Assembly (NCBI RefSeq): GCF_964204865.1
Contig: NC_135250.1
Coordinates: forward strand, 11,284,001-11,348,000
DNA length: 64,000 nucleotides
Source of the DNA: Styela clava
Taxonomy: Eukaryota
Direction of reading: 5' to 3'
The notes beneath the pieces were generated by a model, which worked only from the letters and a program-made list of their open reading frames with translations, had not been told where the DNA came from and made no database searches. This document shows, piece by piece, positions 43,401 to 55,400 of the stretch; the stretch's first letter is position 1; every line of letters begins with the position of its first letter. A program made the position numbers and the translations under genes.

Positions 43401-46400
43401 TTTCCGTTTCCAGCTTTATTGAAAGCTAATACCCGGAAATAGTATTGGCGGCCTTCGACAACATCTGGTTGACATACTCTAACTTCATTTTCGCCAGCTT
43501 CAGTTCTTACGCATTGAGTCCAACTAGAAACATAAAATTAACATTTTTAAATTAAGATTGTTTTATAGTTGTGTCACTGTTTCACTAAACTTACATTGAA
43601 TCCATTTTTCCTCTCATTTCAACAATGTAACCTAGGATTTCTTCACCACCATCAAATTCCGGTTTGATCCAGTTTAGAGTAACATGATCACATCTTATTT
43701 CGATAGCTTTAAGAAATTTAGGTTCTTCTGGTGGACCTGTAAATAGTTTTAAATCAGTGGCACATCAACAATGAAAATGCAATGGATGTATTTCACTAAG
43801 TTATACTCACCATATTGTGGTTTCACCAGAATAGGATTCACCAGTTGTACGGGTTGAGATAACCCAACCCTATTCTCACATGAAACGCGAAAAAGGTAAC
43901 TGCTACCTTCAATCAACTTATTGACCTAAAAATTAAAATATAATCACTCATTTGATTAAATTGTCATCTTATTGAGGTCTCACAAAAGTCAGAAAACTTA
44001 CAGTTATTTCAGTGTCTTCAACATCATCAGATACACTTTGCCACATTTTCCTTTTGATATCTCTTTTTTCTACCAAAAACTTGGTGATCGGGCTTCCACC
44101 ATCTTCTTCAGGTTCTGACCATATCAGTGATACGCTTGATGAAGTCACTTCAGTGACAGTGAGATGGATCGGAGATGATGGCTTACCTGAAAAGTGATTC
44201 AGTAGTAAAACAGGACTATTTCTACCAAATTTAGATTTGAACGGCAAATAAGAAGTATTTCTTACCAATCACTAACAAGTCAAATTTAGCATGTGATTTT
44301 CCATGCTTATTGGTTGCAGCAATTTGATATTTTCCAGAATCTGAACGCATTGGCTTACAAAACATAACTTTAAGTTGTTCATGCTCTATTTCCAAATATT
44401 CATCATCCATTGGCAGTAGTTGGTCTCCAACCTCCTATAAAATCAAAGTTGAAACAGAGTATGGGAAAAGTTTATTAATGTAATCACCTCATTCAGCATT
44501 CCCACAAACCTTATACAATTGATATTTTGGTCTGGGTATTCCTTTGCATTGGACAGGGATGATGATGCCTCCACCAGTATGAGCGGTCACATTGTCATCA
44601 GGTACGAAAAGTGATGGTGCAATTGCCAAATCAATTATTGCTTTTGTATAAGCATTTTGTGTTCGAGATTTTACAACATACTTCCCTCTATCTTCAGTGT
44701 TGAAGTCGAGGATTTCCAGAATGTGCTTTTTGCCCTAATAAAAAAAGAAATAAATTGTAATATGTTTTAAACTCATAATGCAATGTGTTTAATTCATACA
44801 CAGCCTTTCGAATGAGACATTCACCCAACCAACTTGTGTACAGGTTTTCTGACATAGTTATATAGTTAAGTTTTTAAAATTTTACCCCATCAGAAATCCT
44901 TATGGTTTTTCTACGGTCTTCTTTGATGCGGTCTCCATCGAAACTCCATAAGATATCATTTGAAGGCTTGTTGAGTTCGCAAGTAAGAAAAACTTTTGAT
45001 CCAGGTTGGAAACTGCAGTCATATAGTTTCTTCACAAACCTTAGTGGAGCACTTGTTATTCTAAGTTTTGTTGAGCATTCATCATCACCAAGACGACAGG
45101 TATAGATTTTCTGTGAATAGGAATATCAAATAGTTTAAAAAAAATTTTCATTATTCATTTCCTAATCTGTATACCGTAATTCATCTGCCAAGTATTCGTT
45201 CATACCTCATCACAACCAATTCTCACATCGTCAATAACAAGACTGCGAAGTTTTCCAGATGCAATTGCTTGAATTCTTTCACTGCCTCTGCCAAACAACA
45301 ATGCCTTTCCATCAGCCAGCCATTGTACATCACCGCCTAGGGTTGAGATTTCAACAGTAAGCACAACACGGCTTACTTCTTCAGCATCAGTACTATTACG
45401 GAGGCGTTTCGTAAATATAGGTAGAGCTTCTGACACGAGCAACTTCGCTTGATATTTGCTGTCCATAATCTAAAAAAATTAAATTAATTATGCAACTGTG
45501 TTCAAACGCTTTTGCCTTAATTTTTATGTGTGAATTACCTGTGCACCTATGACAGAATAGTCATCTTTTAGAGTGCAATGTTTCAGCTCAAGTGAATACT
45601 TCTTGCCTTCATTTATCATAACAACGAAATCGCTTGCACTGAGTTCCTCGCCATTCTTTGTCCATGTGATCTGAAAGTTATATATTTTTTAATAAAAGGT
45701 TATTCAAGCAACCTATACAATGTGAAATATATATATACATACGCACCTTAGCTCCAGCTTTGTTGGAGGTGCATTTGAAAATGGCAGATTGATTCTCACG
45801 AACATTTGCATCTTTTGGACCAACATCAATAGCAACTGGAACAACTTCCAGCAAAGCACAGGTTCTCTGATCAGCACAAACTACTTCAATCTTTCCATTG
45901 TCTACCAACTCAGCTGGCATAATTTTCAAAATACGATCTTTATCGTTAGATGTAATATGGAATCGTTTATCACTGGTGATTTCAACTCCATTGAGTAACC
46001 ATGAGACTGGATATATTGCTTTGCTGACTTTACATTGAAACTGTATTTCATCACCAGCACAGCACCAAATATCTTCAATTTTTGATGTAAACCCAGGTGG
46101 AAATTCTGTGCCACAAAAAATGTAAATATTTAAATAAAATAAAAAAAATAAAAAAAATAAAAAAAAAATAAAAAAAAAATAAATATTATTCAAACATAAA
46201 AATGAATCAAATAAAGATAATTCAAACATTTACCTTTCACTGTAAGAAATGCGGATGTTTCAGTCTTTTCTCCAATTACTTTATTTGTGTATTTGTTGGC
46301 TTGAATCAGTTGAACGTCATCTAGTAGAAGACGACGAATAACACCATCAGCAACAATGATGATCTTGTCTGTCTCTTCAAACAATTTACCATTACAGAGC

Positions 46401-49400
46401 CATTCAACCTGAGAAATTATTGAACGTTAATAATATCGACTAATCCCTCTCATACGAACGAAGTAATACGAAGTCATAAACAAACATAAAACAATTGACA
46501 ATTACCTCTACATTAGGCCTAGAAACTTCACATTCCAAAATAATGTTGTCAAACTCTGTGCAAACTATATCTTGTAGAGGTGTGGCATAGAAAGCTGGTG
46601 GCCAATCAACCCAGAGTTTAGCTGTGGTTTCCACATCACCCACTTGACAGGTAACAATAGCTCTGTAATAAGCATATTTTCATGGTTAGTCGTACAAAAA
46701 TTAAACTGAAATTATATTTTATTTACATTGGTGCGTAATACTAACCTGTCTACTTCAGTACAATCTTTGATTGTTAAGGATCTTGTTTTATAATCGTCAG
46801 TTATGACATATCTTCCAGTTGAAGACATCTCGACTTTGTTCTCACCAACAAACCATAGCACTTGCTGGTCCCGTGGTGATACAACGCAGGAAAGGAAAGC
46901 AGTCCCCATATGAGGGACTGATAAATCTTTTAAAGGTTGTAGAACTGCAATTGGTGCTTCTGCAAAATCACACACATATTGATGTTACATGAAACCAAAA
47001 ATAAATCTTGAATTAAAAACCTGAATACAATAAATACCTTCAACAGTCATAGATGCTTCAGTCTTTGCAAATCGAGCGGTGACAGAATACAAACCAGCAT
47101 TACTCATGGCTACAAAAGGGATAGTCAAAGTTCTTTTGTTTCCTTCAGCAGAACTTATGACATCCTTGCCAATTGGAAAAGTTTGACCATTAAGTCGCCA
47201 TTGAACTGGCACATCTTCTGACAGAATACATTCAAGTGCAACGGAATCTTTCTCAAATACTTCAGTGGCATTCAGTGGCTGAACAAACTTGATGCCATCT
47301 ATATACATTAGAAAAAAATCCATAAGTAAGAGCCTAAAAAGAAATCAGTAATCTAGTGTGAAAAAAGTTACCTTTAACTGTGATTTTTCCTGTAGACTTT
47401 TCATTTCCAGACTTACAAGTGTAAGATCCTTTGTCACTTTTAGTAATGTCTTTTACAACAAGTGATTGAGATTTTCCAGAAATGACAAACTCATACTTGC
47501 CACTTTGTTCATTCAATTCCTTGTTTTCTTTGAACCATTTTACGCTCCCAGAATTCCTATTTTTAAAAATATTTTGACATAGCTTAACAAGCTTTAATTT
47601 AGATAATATAATATACAAATACATAAATTATTTGGAGTGGTAACAATAACTTTAATTCTAGGCAAGATTTCTTGTCACTTACACCCAAGTGATAAGATGG
47701 CATAATCACTATTGTAAAGCAATTTGATACAACCTTAATAAAGAGCATTTCTTGTTAGTAGTACCCGTTTCAATGTTATAGGATGCGAGAGATTAAAAAC
47801 GAAGTTATTCGTATAAAACATACTTGTTCATGCCGCAAGTTAACGTAGCGGAAGGCTGTCCCTCTTCTGCAATAATATCAGAAATTTGTTGAACAATCTT
47901 TGCTGGCTTCTGTTTGATGCTCAACTTAGCAGAAGAAGAAACTTTTCGAACGTGACATTCAATTTTTCCTTCATCTCTGACCTGTGGAATCAATGTTAAA
48001 TTTTTATTTAATCGAATGCTTTATTGTTCATGCAAATTTGTAAATCATTTTCTACCAATGCTTACCGTACAGTTCTTGACTAAAAGTTGTAACTTTTTCC
48101 CATTATGTGTCATTTGATATTTTTCAGACTGTTTGATGATTTTGTCATATTGGATCCATTCAGCATCAACCTCTTTAGATGTATTAATTTCACATGACAA
48201 GCATGCATCTTCACCTTCTTGAAATGACACAGCTTTCAGTGGTTTTGTGAAAGTAATTCCAATTTCTAAAAAAATAATTAAGTTGTTATGAATGAAGCAT
48301 ACTTTCACAACAATGCAAAATACGATCAATGAAATGAACAAGTACAACATTTATTACCTTTCACAACAAGTTTTGTCGACGTCTTGCTATCAACACCATC
48401 ACATGTCCAATCTGTGTTGTCTGCCATAGTGGTCTTGAAAATCACTAAACGCCGCAGAACACCTTCACTTTCAATCTTATACCTACAAATAATGAGGTTC
48501 ATTAGAGATGTGTCAGAATTTGGTTTAGCAAAGCATTAAACTGCTATAGCTTACTTTTCTCCATCAGAAAGTTTATCATTTTCTCTATACCATGTTACAA
48601 TTGCATTTGGTCGACTAACTTCACATTCCAATGCTACTTTGTCCATTTCTTCACATGTTTTAGTTTTGAGTGGCTTGGAAAAGTGCACTGGCGGTTCTGA
48701 AAAATATGTGAAAATATTTCAGTTTTGTTCACTATTCTAACTAAAACCAATGTCGACATACCTATTACGGTCAATCTGGAAGTTGACTCTGCAGTTTTAG
48801 AAGAAAATCTGATGACAGAGGTGTCTGATAATTGGCAGTTATGCATCTTCAATGTGTGTCGCCTGCCTTCTTCCAAAATTTCAATGAAATTTCCCCTTTT
48901 GAGCTTAACATCATCTAATGAAAATGAAGTAATAAATTGAAAAAACAATTCTACATATAGATTTTTCAGTGCATGAAAATCATTTTATAGCAATACCTTT
49001 ATACCAGAAGTGAGGTATGTTGTCATAATTTGTTTCGACAACAAATTCAGCAGTGTTCTTTTCAATTACTGTAGTATCACTCATTGGTTTGACAATTTCA
49101 ACAGTGTATTCTGAACAGAATTATCATTCATTAATTAAAGTAATAGAAATAGCACAGTCTTTAATATAACAAAACTAACCTTCAACAGATAATAGAGCAC
49201 TAGACTTCTCCTCCTCAGCGTGAGCTGAAATAGTAGCAGTGTCATCATCCAAATCGACACTATGAATAACCATCCAGTGTTTATCTCCATCACTCCCAAA
49301 ATCAACATTTTTGGTCCTGCTCATTTTGGCACCATTTTTGAACCATGAAACCTCGACGTCTTTGTGTGAAAGAACTATTTCAAATCGAGCTTCATCTCGT

Positions 49401-52400
49401 TCAATCACTTTAGTTTCTTTCAATGATTGGATGAATTTTATTTCTCGAGCTGTGGAAGAAATTATACAATTTTGGCTTTTTTTAACAAAAACATAAAAGA
49501 TAATAAAACTAAATCATATTAAAAGATATTCGCTTTGTTTTCTAAATAAACAAAAGTCGATGGGATGGTTGAACATGTATATCATACTAAGTACTTGATT
49601 TTTTGAGTTTATACATACGTGCAACAGTCAGTTTTCCATAGGTCCTCACATCATCAGCATCACAGATATATTTTTTCTCATCTTCAAATGTGCATTTGTG
49701 CAATATTAATGAACGTTTGCAACCCTCTGCTACGATAGTATGCTTTTCTGAAGCCTGGATTAAAGTACGGCCTTTGTACCAACGTACTTGAGCAGATTTT
49801 CTCGATACCTTGAAAATATTCAACAAATCAGTTTTAACATTAAAACAAATGTTGCAATAAATCAATTATTAATCTCACCTCGCATTCCAACTTTGCGTCC
49901 GATGTTTCTTCAACGATCACATCTTTTAGACCGCATACAAACTCAACAGGAGGCTCAAGAACTTCTAGGCGTGCAATAGATGAAGCACTTCCTGCTTTTA
50001 TCTCAACTCGACCTGACTGTTGAGCAGTTAGATGGCTCAATACAAGCCTATGTTTGCGTCCAATTGATTTAATTCTGCAAGAAAATTTGGGCGAATTATC
50101 ATATTGAACTTCTAAGAATGACAGCATTACGAGTAGTATAGATAGCAGAACAATTACAAGTTATCAGAGTATGATCCTGAATGCTTTCAGTAATAGAGCA
50201 TTGAAACAGATCGAATGCTGTTAGCACAACCTATCTTACTAAATAGATAGTATACTTATAATTTTAGTGCACTTATTCCACTTACAAGACATTTTCGGAG
50301 ACTTTCAGAAGAGTATCATTCAGAAACCAATTAACATTAACTTCATTGTGAGAGACCTCGCATTCGAAAGAAGCAGTCCCATCTTCTGGCACTTCAATTT
50401 CTCGCAATTCCTGACGAATTTTGATGCCACGTTCTGAAAAAAAAAGTAAAAACGACACTTGTATATACTCAAAATTACAGCGCAATTATCGATGAAATAA
50501 ACCATACCATCAATGCTCAGGTTGCATCTGGTTTCCACTTTTTCACACTTGCATGAATAAAGACCTGCATCCTGTTCAGTAACTTTAGTTATAACTAAAC
50601 GACGCCATTTTCCTTCAGTAATGATTTCAGCATGTTCTGAAGACTTCATTTCAGCACCGTTTTTGTACCATGTCACTTTTCCAGACTGCTTACTGAGCTC
50701 ACAAGATAATTCAGCAACATCCAGTTCCGTAACACTGGTGTCTTGAAGCTTTTTGGTGAAACGAATGCCTGATTCTACAAAAGAAATGATTGTGAATAAT
50801 GAAGAACCAGATCAATATGACAACAACAAAAAATAACTTGTTCAAACATACCATTTACAGTAATATTTGCCGTGGTTTTCATGCCAATTGCAGCAAAATA
50901 ATATGTTCCGGCATCATCAACAGTGATATCATGTAGTATGAGCGATTGTTTTGTGCCTTCAGTTCGAATTTTGATAGACTCTGATCTGGTTAGCTTTTGA
51001 TCATTACAATACCAGGAACCTATGTATAAAGAATGAAGAAAATTGTTGCAGAAGTTTGTATATTTTGCTTAAAGACACAGAAAAATCGTAACATACCATG
51101 AACATTTGGCACACTCAAAACACATGATAAAGTAACAGTGCTGCCTTCATCAAATATTCCATCTTCCAGCTTATCTAAAATTTCTATCTCAGATGAGTCA
51201 ACAATTAGAGATGTAGAATCCTGAAAATTGAGTCCATTGATAAATCGCATTAGAGTATTAAAACTTATGAAGTTCACTAAATTAGAACAAGCACAAACCT
51301 TCAAACCACAATCAGTTTCAATTGAAATTGCGCCAGCATCTTCAAGCGTAACATCAGTAAGAGTCAAAGTATGCTCACGCCCATTTTTTGAAATTTTTAT
51401 GACATTGCTGTTTTTCAACTTTGCACCTTGTTTGTACCATGTAATATTGACATCTTTATGGGACAATATGCAATGAAAAGTGGCCTCTCCACCTTCGCAA
51501 GTGCGTACTTCTTGAAGACTTGATTCCACTTTTGCTGAAAGTACATAATTTTTTATTATTATTCGAATGCAAACACATCATTAGACTTTCAAGATAAATA
51601 CTTTCAACTTCCTTACCTGCAGAATCAATTGGCACACATTTGTATGTCGATTGATCATCTGGTGATATATAGTTCACAATCAGAGAACGCTTACAACCAT
51701 ACGACTCCAATCTATACTTTTCACTTTCGCGAATTTCAACAGTGTCATTCCTGTGTTTCAAGAGAATTTTGAAATTGTTTCAGTTTTGTTTTTAGAACAG
51801 ATCGTAACAAACCAGAATAGCTATATATCATTAAGATCACTTGTGGCAGCAAGCTTAGCATCTTCAACCACAGGATTTGAACCTGTGACACTGAGCATGT
51901 CAACGTCCCACATCAATCAAACTCGTAAACCCAGGAAAAGTAATGCGCATATTCACATCACATATATCACTATATACTGACCATTTGACAATCGTTACCA
52001 CAAATAACCACAAGCAGAGTTTAAAATGGAAATAATAAATGAAGATGAGAAATAGAATTCGAATTAATTATCACTGGTCTTTGCAACAGAAGAATGGCTC
52101 ATGAAACAATGCGAAATTGTCTTTTTTATTGTACAAATGAATGCATACTTGAGCCATTTGACTTGAATGTCTTCCCTTTCAACTTCATAATCAAATTTTA
52201 AACTTTTTGGCACTTTTGTATCCTTAGCGACAGTCAGTTTTGCTTCACCAGTTCCAATAACTTTGTCTTTGCAAGACTCATCATCAGACTCTGATCTGAT
52301 CAAATCTGCCACTGAAGAATCAATGACTTCATACTTTATCACACCAGCCTGAGAAACTCGCAGGTTGTGAAGTTTGAGAGTGTGTACATTTCTGAGGAAA

Positions 52401-55400
52401 GAAAGATGGATTATATTTTTAAAAGACATTTTAGACGAAATAATACTGTTAAGTTTAAATTGATAAAAAATAAATCACCCTTGCTGGCTTATTTGGACAT
52501 TTTCTCCATTTTCCAATTTTTTTCCATCAAGATACCAGATGAGCGTGGTTGAATCACGTTGAGTTACCACTTCAAATGAAGCAGCACCACCAACATTCAC
52601 CGACTTATCTTGGATTCCATCTGAATAGATAATAAAATAATACATATAAAATTGTACCGTAATTATGAAACAATAACAAGTACTTGAACCTAATATATCG
52701 ATGCCATAATTTCCTTGATTTAAATGAGGAATCAAGAATATTTTTTTTTATTACAACAGACCCACCTTTGACAATCAATAATCCTGTTGTGGAACTTTGA
52801 CCGGATATACAAGTATACTCTGAAGAATCTTCACTGTTTGTTCTTTTGACAATCAGGGATCGTTTTCTTCCGTCTTCAATCAACTTGTATCTGTGATAAA
52901 AATATACAATTATTCGATTTCAATGCAAATTACTGATTCCAATTTTAAAAAGTATTAGGTAATTTCGATAATCACATACTTGTCAGTTGCATTCTTTAAA
53001 TCAATTGGTTCTCCATCCTTGTACCACGTGACTCTAGCGTTGACATCTTTAACTTCACATTCAAAGATTACAGTCTCCATTTCAGTACAAGTATAGGTTT
53101 CCAAACATGCAGAAAATGCTTCTGTGTTTTCAATATCCAACTGAGCAACTTTTTCATAATTTAGTTCTTGCAATTTGTCCAAATCATCTAAATTTGAGCA
53201 ATTCAATGATTATAAAAATGTTATTCATGATAAAATTTATTTCAAAAATTATTTTAATACTGCATGTCCATACTATGCAACTTGTAACAACATTCACATA
53301 CCTGCAACACGTAGTCTTGCTGTAGATGAATAAGGTCCAGCAACAATCCTATAGCGAGATGCATCGCTGAGATCCACATTCGAAATCTTCAGTCGATAGA
53401 TGTCTCCATCTTGAATTATTTCGAATCTTTCACTGGGTGTGACCTTGCGATTTCCTTTGTACCTGAAAAAGTAACATAATAAGCTTTAAATTTTTTTGAA
53501 AAAAGGGCTTATTGACTTGATTATAGATTCTTCAAATTATACTACTTACCAATTCACTTCGATTTCTGGTACAAACATCTTTAGTTCGGCTAAAAACTCA
53601 ATATCAGTGCCTTGTAAAGCATTGATACTTTCAAGACCTCTAATCTCTTTGACGGGTTCAGTAACAGACAAGTTTCTCTGCATAAAACTAAGCAAATCAC
53701 CGGCATCTGAAGCATCTTGACAAACGGCAGCTAACAATTCTTCATCTTCGATCTGAAAATTCATCATTGGTAATGATTATACTTATTAAGTGTGCCCATA
53801 ATAAATTCACATAAGTTATATGTGTGCACATAATAAATTCACATAGGCTATTTAAGTGTACACATAATAAATAAATTCACATAAGATTATATTTATTAAA
53901 TGTGCACATAATAAATTCGCATAGATTGAATTAACTAAGAGTGCACGTATTAAATTTAAATAGATCATATTTAATAAGTCTTAACATAATCAATTCACAT
54001 TTCAATTTGTCAAAAAAAGTCATTATGATATTGGCTTACCTCTTGGCTTTCCTGATATCTTGACAAAGTAGGTTTCAAGTCCTTAAGATTGTAATATCTA
54101 GCATATTTTTCGTATTCTTTCGGATCAACTTCTCTTAACAATTCCATGATTTCTGCAATATCTTCACATTTCACACCTGGTTTGTCATTCGCTGATACTC
54201 TGAAAAACCATATATATTTATTATTTTCACATTGAATGCAAACCAAATGGTATGCTCAAAAAATAAAACATACTTTCTAAGTTGTTCCGGCTCAAATTTC
54301 TCCTTAACTACATGTTCTGTAACTGTGACTTGGAAAGATGAATCAACTTCCCCATGTTTGTTTGATGCTACACATCTGTAAGAAGATAATGTTATATTTT
54401 ATGCAATTTCATCATATTTGGTGAAAGAGTAAAATCAGCACAGATTTCATGCAGGAGACGATAGATTTTAACCAAGTTTACTTGCCTCGCACACAGTCTC
54501 AAGTAAAAAAACTGGTAAAAAAACGCAATTTCTAATCTTCTTCCTTCTAAAAATATACCTGTATAAACCAGTGTCTGGGACATCTAGGTTTGTAACTTTC
54601 AATGTATAAGTATGGGCTTCCTTGTTGTGAGACATTTTAAAACGTCCATATCCGTTAATCTTCATCCACTTTCCTTTCGTCCAATGAACAGTTGGTTCTG
54701 GGTTTCCGAAAACTTTTGCAGTAAACACTGCAGTGTCACCTAAGAAGAGATTCCCATAAGATAATACACGTATTTGTAGATTTTCTTATAAAACAACAAT
54801 ATTATTTGTTCATGATATAGACAGCACTGAAATTATGTGCCCAGATAACTGATGTTCCAAAAGTCAATTACTAGATATTTTGAAGATTCGACTACATACC
54901 AGTAATTTTTGCCTGATCTTTGGGTTTTCGGACAAAAACAGGCAATGTAGCATTCGGATCTACTTCCATGTCATCGCAGGCATCTTCGGATTCACTGGAA
55001 GATCCACGTCGGTCGTCTATGAAAAGTGTGAAGAGAAATTAGAAGCAAATAACATTTAGGATACAGTTATATGAACTCTTCTACTTTTGGGGAATAATTG
55101 AAAACAATAATGGTATGAAAAGTCATGACCTCAAGCACTGCATCGAATTAACATAAAAGAAACAAATATCGCTACACTGTTATTTATATTTCCAGTTTTC
55201 GGCCTTTTGAATTTAGAAAATTTTACATTGGTCCAGGCAATATTTTTACCATAAGAATTTTCGTAAATTGGATTTTTTGTATATAAGGCCTTTCGTACGT
55301 AGAGTTTATACTGTATATGTACAGGAATACATGAAGAACATCATGCGGTTGCAAGAGTTTGCCCATATTCTTGCTCCCATCTTCCGTGGGGTTCGAACCC

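Noticed and set aside
44181-44195. CAG|GTAAG recursive splice motif
   Set aside because: Explained by the coding sequence G-K-P at the start of a Fn3 exon.
47670-47699. 10-bp hairpin CTTGTCACTT..AAGTGATAAG as a Helitron end
   Set aside because: No convincing adjacent CTRR terminus or other support.
53785-54000. CRISPR-like array
   Set aside because: Eukaryotic intron, degenerate units without unique constant-length spacers, no cas genes.
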